DNA from: a virus
Reading direction: 5' to 3' (one strand)
DNA: 64,000 nt
Virus record (IMG/VR): IMGVR_UViG_3300042458_002038
Coordinates: 1-64,000 of that record
Shown: piece after piece, positions 56,015 through 64,000 of the stretch
Layout: every line of letters starts with the position of its first letter
How positions within the stretch are numbered: position 1 is the first letter of the stretch
Notes under the pieces: model-generated
Told to the model about the DNA's origin: nothing
What the model saw: the letters and a program-made list of their open reading frames with translations, nothing else
The model's database searches: none
Translations under genes and position numbers: made by a program

Positions 56015-56747
56015 ATAATTTATTAAAACAATTCATTTTAGTTTGGTGAATTTCTTTATCGGAAAATCTTATTACAGTATAGCCTTCAGATACTGCAAAT
56101 GAATCAAATGCATTGTCTTTGGTCTTTTGTTGTTCATTTTCATGCCAGTATTCTCCATCTATTTCTACTAGAAGCCTACGGTTAATAATAACAAAATCAA
56201 ACCTATGTGTAAATGGTTTAATTTGGAATTGGCGACTATATTCAATTTCATTTTTATCGCACCATGCGGCAAAGAGTCGTTCTGGTTTAGTAAAACGGTA
56301 TTTTCCTTCAGTGACACGGTGTACTCCAATTTCCCCATTAAAGCATTTTTCTTGTTGAGTTTTTCTCTTTTCGGGTGTCCATAATCTATTGGTATAATCA
56401 CTCATTCTTTTTGGTGTTAAGCCATATCTCTTAACAAGACCGCATATGGTGGCTTTAACTGAACCAATCTCATTTGCTATTTCTTGATAAGTCATATTTT
56501 TTTCATACAACATTATCTTAAGAGTTTCTTCATCAAGTAATGGTTTATGTGAATCTGCCATTCTTTGCCTGACTACTTTACTTTTTGAGTGAGAAAGTAA
56601 ATCAGGAAATTCACTTTTTATTTTTTTATAAAATGCGTGATAATTCAATGAATGTTTTTCACATAAGAAACCTAATGAATTTCCTGATTGAATTTCCGAT
56701 ACTACCGTATCGTAATGCTGGTCTAACTGATATTGATATTTTGGCAT
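55998..56747 (-). CDS. Vsr/DUF559-like (EDxHD-type) homing endonuclease
   Basis: TKPE, FDF, LVEIDGEYWH, KD..GY.VIR; N-terminal HTH; late promoter at 56773-56780. Confidence 0.82.
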   Translation of the reverse strand: MPKYQYQLDQHYDTVVSEIQSGNSLGFLCEKHSLNYHAFYKKIKSEFPDLLSHSKSKVVRQRMADSHKPLLDEETLKIMLYEKNMTYQEIANEIGSVKATICGLVKRYGLTPKRMSDYTNRLWTPEKRKTQQEKCFNGEIGVHRVTEGKYRFTKPERLFAAWCDKNEIEYSRQFQIKPFTHRFDFVIINRRLLVEIDGEYWHENEQQKTKDNAFDSFAVSEGYTVIRFSDKEIHQTKMNCFNKLYDALN

Positions 56748-56783
56748 AATTAAGTATAAGCGTGTTCATTAGTATTTATACTT

Positions 56784-58310
56784 TTATGCTTTTGCGCCTC
56801 TTCTTTTTAGTTCCTCTAAGATGGTTTCCTTTTCCTTTTTCTTGCGAATCATTTCAGCTTTGATGCCTACACGACGATTGTATAGCTCCTCAATAATCTC
56901 TGGAAGGAATCCTTGCTTATCACGACGGAAGCATGCGCCGTTTGCAGCAACCGCAAGATTCGGCTCAGGGCTGATGTGAGTCTTGTTGGTCAATACAACG
57001 TCAGGATTCATGCTTGGCAGATGCATATGTCGCACGAGTGTTTCAGGACTCATGTTGTACTGAATAATGATGTTGGGGTAAAGACTGTTAAGGTCAAAAC
57101 TCATAACCCAATCATACATGCCGGGAACCACTTCCTTGACAAATCCACCTGGGTAGCTAACCTTTTGACTTGGGCGACTTGGCGGCACTGCAATCTTTTT
57201 TAATGCAAGGCGACGGAAGATGATGCTATCCCAAATGGCAACCGTACCTAGTGTATCGCTATAGTTGACACCACCAAAATATGCTAGCGTAAACACAAGG
57301 TTAATCAATCCCAGCTTGGCTTCAAAGCGTTCAATAAGTTCAACGTCAACAATGTTGTAGTCCACAAACTTTTGGAAGTCCCGCTCATACAGTTTGGCAA
57401 GCGTGCCTTCTTCGCCATAGTCCAACTTGTTTTGGCCAAGAACAACTTCAGCAATATGATCCAACTTGTAGCTTTCTTGTTTGCCATAAGTATTGAGTGT
57501 AAACTTTTGGAACAGATCCATATAGTCAAGTTGCTGAATGCCAGCGATGTTATAGAGAGTATTCTCACGGCCTTTCACAGTAACCGTCTTTTGCTCAATC
57601 TTTCCCCATGGGCTCAGCTTGCTAGCTTCATCACTACCCAATACTCTACTGATACGATTCACAAGGTAAGGAACATCAAAGAGTGTGGTATTCCAACCGG
57701 TAACCACATCAGGCATATTAAGAGTATCACTCCACCAAGCGATAAAGTCCAGCAGCATTTCGGCTTCGGTTTCAAATTGACGATACTCCTTTTTAAGATG
57801 TGGAATGCTGCTGGCGCTACTATCATAATCCTTTAGTCCCCACACAATGTATTGCTCAGCTCTGCTGCTCTTTAGTGCAATGGTCAATACGCTATGACGT
57901 GCCTCACTAGGCTCAGGGAAACTTGTGGTTGTCACGCCTGGGATTACCCCATAAGCAGTCTCAATATCAATGTATGCAATGTCAATAAGGCGGCGATCAT
58001 ACTTAATTTCATTGGGAAACTCTGCTTGAATGAAAGCAGGAATATGACGGTCATTTCCATAGATTTTAAAGTTGGGAACACCTTCATAGCTTTTTGCAAA
58101 CTCACGGCACTCACTCATACTATCAAATCTCATCGGCTCAAGTGGGAGACCTTCAAGGCTGCGCCACTTTGCAGCTTTATCCTTACTTTCCAGATACATT
58201 ACTGGACGGAATTTGTAACTGTTGTAAACCTTTTTACCTTCGTCATCATAGCCGCGATAGCGCAGGCTGTTCATATGGCGGTCAATGCAAGTATAGAATC
58301 CGTTAATCAT
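56784..58310 (-). CDS. gp43: DNA polymerase B, N-terminal subunit (gp43A)
   Basis: IDIET, TGWN..FDVPYL, SYKLDHIA, DYNIVDV, SFDLNSLYP.II.QYN.SPET. Confidence 0.95.
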   Translation of the reverse strand: MINGFYTCIDRHMNSLRYRGYDDEGKKVYNSYKFRPVMYLESKDKAAKWRSLEGLPLEPMRFDSMSECREFAKSYEGVPNFKIYGNDRHIPAFIQAEFPNEIKYDRRLIDIAYIDIETAYGVIPGVTTTSFPEPSEARHSVLTIALKSSRAEQYIVWGLKDYDSSASSIPHLKKEYRQFETEAEMLLDFIAWWSDTLNMPDVVTGWNTTLFDVPYLVNRISRVLGSDEASKLSPWGKIEQKTVTVKGRENTLYNIAGIQQLDYMDLFQKFTLNTYGKQESYKLDHIAEVVLGQNKLDYGEEGTLAKLYERDFQKFVDYNIVDVELIERFEAKLGLINLVFTLAYFGGVNYSDTLGTVAIWDSIIFRRLALKKIAVPPSRPSQKVSYPGGFVKEVVPGMYDWVMSFDLNSLYPNIIIQYNMSPETLVRHMHLPSMNPDVVLTNKTHISPEPNLAVAANGACFRRDKQGFLPEIIEELYNRRVGIKAEMIRKKKEKETILEELKRRGAKA

Positions 58311-58318
58311 TATATGTT

Positions 58319-58365
58319 ATTATAAACTAAATCGGCCCAGATGTAAACTACAAACTGGGCCGATT
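58319..58365 (-). promoter_or_regulatory. gp43 promoter overlapping a terminator-like hairpin
   Basis: TTTACA-N17-TATAAT at 58319-58347; AATCGGCCCAG/CTGGGCCGATT stem. Confidence 0.7.
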
Positions 58366-58383
58366 GGGATTTATTTTATTGCT

Positions 58384-58785
58384 TTACTTGATAGCAATAG
58401 TACGTGGCTTTTTCTCGTCAGGAATGACTCGCTCAAGAGCGATGATTAGGATACCATTTACAAGTGACGCTTCACCAACTTTAACATATTCTGCTAAAGT
58501 AAAGCGGCGCGTAAACTTGCGTGTACTGATACCTTTGTGTGCATATTCCCGCTCATCTTCAACTGCATGCTCGCCGGTAATGACTAGCGAATTTTCAGCA
58601 GTCTCAATGGTAAGATCCTCAGCAGAGAATCCAGCAACCGCAAGTTCAACCAAGAACGAATCATCGTCAAGCTTGACCACATTATGCGGTGGGTATACAT
58701 TTGTATTTTCCTTAAACGCGACATCGAAGTCTGCAAAGACTCGATCAAACCCAATTCCCCAAGGGGACAGTGTATTTATTTTCAT
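58384..58785 (-). CDS. small heat-shock protein (Hsp20)
   Basis: YPPHNV, ELAVAGF, Y.HKGIS.RKF.R.F.LAE, NGIL.I.LER.IP. Confidence 0.93.
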   Translation of the reverse strand: MKINTLSPWGIGFDRVFADFDVAFKENTNVYPPHNVVKLDDDSFLVELAVAGFSAEDLTIETAENSLVITGEHAVEDEREYAHKGISTRKFTRRFTLAEYVKVGEASLVNGILIIALERVIPDEKKPRTIAIK

Positions 58786-58879
58786 ATTTTTTTTAACTCC
58801 TTATTAAGCAAGTTTTTTGGTTTATGTTGTAGATGAACCCGAAACGGCATTCATCTTTGTAGCCAACCTCGCCACAAAT

Positions 58880-59794
58880 CTATTTATTCTTATTAGATGA
58901 AAATTCTTTAAAAGAAAGCAATTTTCTTGAACTAATAATCTCAAAGAAAGTCTTTGCGGTTTGACCATTTAGTTTATCATAACTAAAATGTACGCTGCTA
59001 TAAATTGGGCGATAGTGTAGTGTGCGCTCTTTACAAGTGATAAGCAACTGACCAGTGGTAACCATATCGCCTTTGCCTGGGTCTCCCATACGAACTGGGT
59101 TCATAAATGGGTCATCATTAGGCTTTTGACTCATTGCCTCAAGAAAGTCAACGGGATTGTTAATCTCAACATCACGCAGGTAGTTGTTGATTATTTTCCA
59201 TCTCTCTTCACTGCTTTGTCGTGATTGGATGATTTTTGGGTCCGTCGCATTTGCACTATATCCCAGCTGTGTAAGATCAATGCCGTGGTTAGTACGCACA
59301 CAATGATTATCATCTTTGGTAATTTCCTTTAGGTTGTAAATGTATTTGCGTGGCTTCTTATCAGTACTATCTGACTTTTTAACCGTAAAACCACCTTCAA
59401 GAAGATAGCATTTGTCGCTATTGAAAATAAAGGTTGCACCTGCAAGTTCCTTTTCAATAAGCATCTTTGCTGCGCTCTTAGGATCTTTACACAACAAGGA
59501 ATTGCGAATAGCAAGACCGTCAGGCGATACCATTGCTTTCTTTTTGCCTTTCTTAGCTAATACTTTACCACCTTCTTTTTCGTCACTCTTGACACTAAAA
59601 CTAGCACTGATAATCGCTACGCCATATTCATTGATGCCTTCAGTCCAGCGTGTAGTCTGATCATCAATGTATAAGCGTTGAATGTTTTCTCTGTTGGAGT
59701 TAACAATTTCTATTTCGGTTTTATAGTTGCGGTCACGATTCTTAGCGCCAACCCAACCATAGTTCTTAATGTATTTAACGGCAATGCAGCACAT
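58880..59794 (-). CDS. Ntn-hydrolase (N-terminal Cys) family protein
   Basis: MC start, KNRD, EGINEYG, VRTNHG; late promoter at 59812-59819. Confidence 0.72.
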   Translation of the reverse strand: MCCIAVKYIKNYGWVGAKNRDRNYKTEIEIVNSNRENIQRLYIDDQTTRWTEGINEYGVAIISASFSVKSDEKEGGKVLAKKGKKKAMVSPDGLAIRNSLLCKDPKSAAKMLIEKELAGATFIFNSDKCYLLEGGFTVKKSDSTDKKPRKYIYNLKEITKDDNHCVRTNHGIDLTQLGYSANATDPKIIQSRQSSEERWKIINNYLRDVEINNPVDFLEAMSQKPNDDPFMNPVRMGDPGKGDMVTTGQLLITCKERTLHYRPIYSSVHFSYDKLNGQTAKTFFEIISSRKLLSFKEFSSNKNK

Positions 59795-59861
59795 ATTTTT
59801 ATGTTATACCATATTTATATTACGGCCAATTTCTATAGCAGTAAGGATAAAATTAGTCTGA

Positions 59862-60290
59862 TCATTTCTTTTTGATGTTGCCAATACTATATTTTGAGCG
59901 AAGATCCCATTGACTTTTCACAGCATGAGATATAATCTTAATCTGCTTAAGCGAAGTAATTTCTTTGATACTTTCGGCGTTATCCACTCGCACCAATCCC
60001 CAGTCGCTTAACAGTGTAATGATGGTATTGCGGCGACAATAGTCATCGTGTGTAAAGTTTGACGGTTTACCATCAAGCATAAAGAGTTCTTTAAAGTGAA
60101 CAATAAAGTAACGCCCTTGCTTGTGTAAAATATGACAGCTTTGGTATAGTACATTTAAATCTCTTTTGGAACTTACGCCAATACGACTTAAGGTTTCCTT
60201 TACCTTTAAGAAATCATCAGGCTCATTCAAATGAACTTCAACCATATCGGTAGGAGCCCATTCAATAACATTTTGTGAATTGTCATACAT
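59862..60290 (-). CDS. regA: translational repressor RegA
   Basis: PDDFLKVKETL.RIG, LYQSCHILHKQGRYFIVHFKELF, RRNTI..LL.DWGL. Confidence 0.96.
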   Translation of the reverse strand: MYDNSQNVIEWAPTDMVEVHLNEPDDFLKVKETLSRIGVSSKRDLNVLYQSCHILHKQGRYFIVHFKELFMLDGKPSNFTHDDYCRRNTIITLLSDWGLVRVDNAESIKEITSLKQIKIISHAVKSQWDLRSKYSIGNIKKK

Positions 60291-60311
60291 AGCAATAGTT
60301 TATTTATACCA

Positions 60312-60782
60312 TTACTTGCGTCCGCCGCGATCACGACTAGCACGAATAGCTGATAGTGCAGATTCGGACAAAAGCGGTAAAGCTTCACGCGCTTTCTCTG
60401 CACTATAACAATAATGATCCATCAGCATCTGCACATCCGCACCATCATCCATCTTTTTACTCCATTTGCTAAAACGTTTCTTAGCGCGAACTGTATTCTT
60501 TAGAAAGTCATATTGCATCTTGACTGGCAATGATGAGTGTCGATTCATTTCATTAGCGAGCAGAACAGTATCATTAAAGTATGAGAGTCCACGATTTACC
60601 ATGAAAGGTAAGTATGCACGATCCGCGCTAGACGGGTCTGCCGCACCTTCACTATTATCAGCTCTACACGTGTCCAGTAAACTTTTGCCATTTGAGCCTT
60701 CGTTAATACTATTGAGAAAATCAAAAAATGATAATTTCTTAGGAGCTGCGGGTGCGGCAGTTTCTTTTTTCTTGGCTGCCAT
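60312..60782 (-). CDS. gp62: clamp loader small subunit
   Basis: FDFLNSIN, Y.PFMVNRGLSY..DT..ANEMN, QYDF..KRFSKW. Confidence 0.92.
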   Translation of the reverse strand: MAAKKKETAAPAAPKKLSFFDFLNSINEGSNGKSLLDTCRADNSEGAADPSSADRAYLPFMVNRGLSYFNDTVLLANEMNRHSSLPVKMQYDFLKNTVRAKKRFSKWSKKMDDGADVQMLMDHYCYSAEKAREALPLLSESALSAIRASRDRGGRK

Positions 60783-60783
60783 A

Positions 60784-61728
60784 TTACTTGATCCATTCGA
60801 CGTTGCTCATCAGTTCAGTCATGCAGGCAACCATGTTAAGTTCTCTGTCGCTTACAAATGCAGCCTTGTAACTATAGTCTGCAAGAATAAGTACAGCACT
60901 TGGAATGCTGTTGGGTGATGCAGTATCATACAAGCTGTCATAAATCTTGCGGAACACAACGCTGCTATCAAGACTGCTATTATTCACAACCCAGCTGCGC
61001 ATGCTTTTAAAATCCTTAGTGCGCAGGTGTGTTGTAAGTTCAGCGATGTTTTGATCGCTCATTCCTACAAGGATAGCCGTGGGAATCTCGCCGCCTGTAC
61101 TATACCGCTGACACTCATTTAGCACTCGACGCCAGTCGGGAGCATAACGAATAATCAATTCAGCAATGGTTTTATCTTGAAAAGCAACACCTTCGGCTTT
61201 GAGAATAGCACTAAGCCGCTTCATGAAGTCACCAGCCAGACTGGCAAGTTGCTTCTTTGTGGTATTAAATTCAACCACACTGCATCGACTATGAAGCGGC
61301 TCAATGATTCTGTTTTTAAAATTACACGTAAGAATAAATCGGCAATTGTTACTAAACTCCTCGATGAATCCACGAAGTGCAGGCATTGTACTTGTTGGAT
61401 TAAGATAGTCAGCCTCATCGAGAATCACTACTTTATATCCACCAGTCAATGATACTGTACTTGCAAACTGTTTGATTTTATTGCGCAGCACATCAATGCC
61501 ACTTTCCTCACTGCCGTTGATCATGATGTAGTCAAGATCGAGCATGTTGCACAATGCTTTGGCAACAGTAGTCTTACCCAAGCCAGCAGTGCCAGCAAGA
61601 AGCAGGTTGGGCAGCTGTCCTCCCTTCACAATATCATTAAAGGTTTTCTTTAATTCAGCTGGAAGGATACATTCATCAATGTTTTGTGGGCGATATTTTT
61701 CGACCCATAAGAATTCAGAGTTGTTCAT
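60784..61728 (-). CDS. gp44: clamp loader large subunit
   Basis: LWVEKYRP, GTAGLGKTT, ILDEADYL, LRGFIEEF, SRC. Confidence 0.95.
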   Translation of the reverse strand: MNNSEFLWVEKYRPQNIDECILPAELKKTFNDIVKGGQLPNLLLAGTAGLGKTTVAKALCNMLDLDYIMINGSEESGIDVLRNKIKQFASTVSLTGGYKVVILDEADYLNPTSTMPALRGFIEEFSNNCRFILTCNFKNRIIEPLHSRCSVVEFNTTKKQLASLAGDFMKRLSAILKAEGVAFQDKTIAELIIRYAPDWRRVLNECQRYSTGGEIPTAILVGMSDQNIAELTTHLRTKDFKSMRSWVVNNSSLDSSVVFRKIYDSLYDTASPNSIPSAVLILADYSYKAAFVSDRELNMVACMTELMSNVEWIK

Positions 61729-61771
61729 AATATAGTTTAGTTCTTGTGTGTATTTTGGTTGCAACAGTATT

Positions 61772-62026
61772 TTATACTACTGTGATTGCTTTGTAAAGGT
61801 TTTTAATATCGCTAGTCTCATTTTCAAAATCAGCAACATTCTTCTTATGGTATAGTCGCGCAACTTTACGAATTAGCGGTTTACCAATATCAAATGCTTC
61901 GGCAGCTGCACCGATGATTTCTTTAATCTGATCACGACTATCATCCATCTTGGACAATTCGATACCAATCTCTTTAATGACATTAAGCATGTCAAGCTTT
62001 TGTTGTTCGTCTTCAATGTCAATCAT
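61772..62026 (-). CDS. T4 DsbA-like dsDNA-binding protein
   Basis: IKE......D.IKEI......RK.ARLYHK.N......LY pattern. Confidence 0.7.
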   Translation of the reverse strand: MIDIEDEQQKLDMLNVIKEIGIELSKMDDSRDQIKEIIGAAAEAFDIGKPLIRKVARLYHKKNVADFENETSDIKNLYKAITVV

Positions 62027-62041
62027 ATTTTGGTGTGTGTG

Positions 62042-62350
62042 TTATGGTTTTTGCTGTAAATAATAGTACGGTGTGTTGTCAATAGCTGGTGTGACAGCGG
62101 CTGGCGCTTGTGGAGTATCAGTAAAATACCCATACACACAAAAGCTAACCACTGCCCAAAAAGCAAGTGAATATAGAACAGTCATGACGGGACTGCTGGC
62201 GCGGCGTTTGGTTTGTGCAACCATTGTCCACTGACCTCCTTTAGACGATGGATTCATATATTGCATCCAAAGAATAATTCGGCCGGGCAGTGTGAACAAC
62301 TCAAAAAGGCAGCCGCCCTTTGCAGTCCCGTCAAGTCTGTCTTTATTCAT
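62042..62350 (-). CDS. membrane hypothetical protein
   Basis: One hydrophobic helix. Confidence 0.55.
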   Translation of the reverse strand: MNKDRLDGTAKGGCLFELFTLPGRIILWMQYMNPSSKGGQWTMVAQTKRRASSPVMTVLYSLAFWAVVSFCVYGYFTDTPQAPAAVTPAIDNTPYYYLQQKP

Positions 62351-62351
62351 A

Positions 62352-62645
62352 TTAGTCTTTGTTAGCGGCTGCAGCACCAAAATCAAAGTTCAATTGATTT
62401 TCTGGAATCTCTGCAACAGCACCAGTATTGGTAGTTTCTGCGGCATTGGTTTCTTCAGGAGCAGACTCAGGCTCAGGAAGCAATGCTCTAAGCTTTTCAA
62501 ATAGACCGCCAACGACGGTAAATTCGCTTGCTTCAAATGCACCACGGCGTGATACTGCACCAATGATATTGACAATAAGAGCAATATCTTCAAGTGTAAT
62601 TTGCTGTGGGGCGACTTCGGTTTGTGTTTCGGTTTGTGTACTCAT
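62352..62645 (-). CDS. conserved hypothetical protein
   Basis: L.DI....II...S.RGAF.A.E..VG. Confidence 0.7.
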   Translation of the reverse strand: MSTQTETQTEVAPQQITLEDIALIVNIIGAVSRRGAFEASEFTVVGGLFEKLRALLPEPESAPEETNAAETTNTGAVAEIPENQLNFDFGAAAANKD

Positions 62646-62668
62646 AGGTTGTGTTTGTTATGGGAGGT

Positions 62669-63343
62669 TTATGCGTTGTAGCTGCTTGTCTTTTCAAGAG
62701 CAATGTAGTAATTGATTGGCGCCGTGTTGTTGGTCCAATGACTGATCAGCTTGCTGCTAATCTTAACTTCATAATCGCCTGGGATTACTTTAAGATTAGC
62801 AATAAGGAATTGAAGATCAAAGTTGTTTTTATTGTCGTTAGAGTCATCAAGAACAACCGTAAAGCTATTGGCCGTACTGTTCTTTGGATCAACTACGCTA
62901 AGTGTAATAACTCCGGCTTCTCCACCAATGCTTACAATGGTATGACCAAGGACGCCTGCAGCTTTACGAATTTGACTAAGCAGGTCGCTATCAATATTTA
63001 CAATCACATCTGCTGAAGGCATAGTGATTTTACTTTTGGGCGTGGTCAAAATGCTTTGATCTGCAAAGCGATAACTTGCTTTGGTGCGGCCGCTCTTGAA
63101 CACAACACTGTCTGCTGTGAAGTCAAGGTCAGGATCAGTCATCAATGAAAACATACTAATGAATTCATTAAGATCATAGATACCAAATGTGGTTTCAAAC
63201 AGTTCAGTAATTTCAGCGCTTGCCATAATGTTTTTGGCTTCTGAAATGGTTGAGAGTGCTTCTCCGCTTTTGACAATCAGGTTACTGTTGATTGATGCGA
63301 AGTTTTTTAGAATCTCGAGGGTTTGTGTAGATAGTTTTGTCAT
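62669..63343 (-). CDS. gp45: sliding clamp
   Basis: LS..TL.ILKNFASIN, FGIYDLNEF, NLK.IPGDY.V.IS, YYIALE. Confidence 0.95.
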   Translation of the reverse strand: MTKLSTQTLEILKNFASINSNLIVKSGEALSTISEAKNIMASAEITELFETTFGIYDLNEFISMFSLMTDPDLDFTADSVVFKSGRTKASYRFADQSILTTPKSKITMPSADVIVNIDSDLLSQIRKAAGVLGHTIVSIGGEAGVITLSVVDPKNSTANSFTVVLDDSNDNKNNFDLQFLIANLKVIPGDYEVKISSKLISHWTNNTAPINYYIALEKTSSYNA

Positions 63344-63384
63344 ATAGTTAATTATATACGGTTGTGCTTAAAATGTAAATCTTT

Positions 63385-63708
63385 TTATTGTTTTTCTTTG
63401 CTGATGAAGTCCAATTCATAGTAGAATAGCATGCAGCAAACCGCGTGTGCGGCATGATGCAATCCGCTTTCACGATCATATGTTTCATCTTTCTTTAGTG
63501 CCCACATGTGTCGCTGTGCAGCTGCAAAGTAACGATTCTTTGCATCATGCAGAAGCTTCCAGTTGTCTACCGAATACTTAGCTGCACCAAAAGTAAGAAC
63601 CTTGACAGCTTCTTCCAATGCATGCGGTGGAATCAAACCATAATCAGGCTTATCGCCATCATATTTGACACCAACTGGGCCGGGATTTGTGAAAGAGTGT
63701 GATATCAT
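63385..63708 (-). CDS. dATP/dGTP diphosphohydrolase-like (DUF5664) protein
   Basis: GVKYD.DKP...LIP, VLTFGA.KY..DNW, A.RH, D.ESGL.H.AHA.C. Confidence 0.82.
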   Translation of the reverse strand: MISHSFTNPGPVGVKYDGDKPDYGLIPPHALEEAVKVLTFGAAKYSVDNWKLLHDAKNRYFAAAQRHMWALKKDETYDRESGLHHAAHAVCCMLFYYELDFISKEKQ

Positions 63709-63719
63709 AAAAGAAGTAA

Positions 63720-63754
63720 ATGCAGGGGTATAGCGAAACACCATACCCCTGCAT
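63720..63754 (-). terminator. terminator-like hairpin
   Basis: ATGCAGGGGTAT/ATACCCCTGCAT. Confidence 0.6.
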
Positions 63755-63762
63755 ATTAGCAA

Positions 63763-64000
63763 TTAGCCGTTCTTACGTGCGGTACCCAAGCGATAGCGCT
63801 TAACGAGTTCGCCAGTGCGAGTCTTACGTGGGTTGAGGTAAACTGGATAACCCAATTCGCGCAATTGATTGACAACGCGAGCAGGGTCAGCAATACCGGC
63901 AGCACGTGCGTCTGCAACGGTAAACTCATGACCTGCTTCAAGGACAGCATAGATAGCTTCCTTTTGGGTCATACGGGTTGCAATGCGGGCGAATTGTTGG
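63763..64000 (-). CDS. small winged-HTH protein, possibly 5'-partial
   Basis: Q...I...L..G..FT..A...GI..P...V..LR..GY; frame open to window edge. Confidence 0.65.
   Translation of the reverse strand, partial: QQFARIATRMTQKEAIYAVLEAGHEFTVADARAAGIADPARVVNQLRELGYPVYLNPRKTRTGELVKRYRLGTARKNG

Noticed and set aside
55998-56783. Group I intron in gp43
   Set aside because: No non-coding space for a ribozyme core; both halves have their own start and stop plus added helices
10920-63702. Long plus-strand ORFs (e.g. 10920, 32798, 51139, 55226)
   Set aside because: Shadows of well-supported minus-strand genes
63385-63708. Z-genome (diaminopurine) system
   Set aside because: No purZ or datZ-like gene in the window
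1-64000. Stop-codon reassignment
   Set aside because: Core genes are full length in the standard code, breaks in uvsX and gp43 are explained by insertions, and no suppressor anticodon is present

Overview
64 kb of a T4-like (Tevenvirinae/Kyanoviridae-type) myophage genome, almost all coded on the minus strand. Left to right: (1) a tRNA/structured-RNA cluster invaded by two homing endonucleases; (2) a tandem family of probable internal head proteins; (3) ClpP-like protease, exonuclease, RNase H and a class I ribonucleotide reductase (probably Id); (4) a late region with a sulfotransferase, an endolysin and a block of enzymes carrying T4-like capsid-targeting leaders; (5) gp41 and a uvsX gene fractured by a naturally split intein around a GIY-YIG endonuclease; (6) a seven-gene cytosine hypermodification cluster; (7) an early hypervariable region with an RNA-repair/translation-rescue set (RtcB, Pth2, phosphatases); (8) a split gp43 and the regA-62-44-45 replication block. 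Promoters are sigma70-type TTTACA-N17-TATAAT and T4 late-type TATAAATA. The best candidates for undescribed biology are the hmC plus self-made NDP-sugar plus C5-methyltransferase-like cluster, the split-intein UvsX, a Sec-like 8/4 tRNA with a Ser anticodon, several structured RNAs, and the putative virion-packaged enzyme set. All product calls come from motif recognition by eye; no database searches were run.
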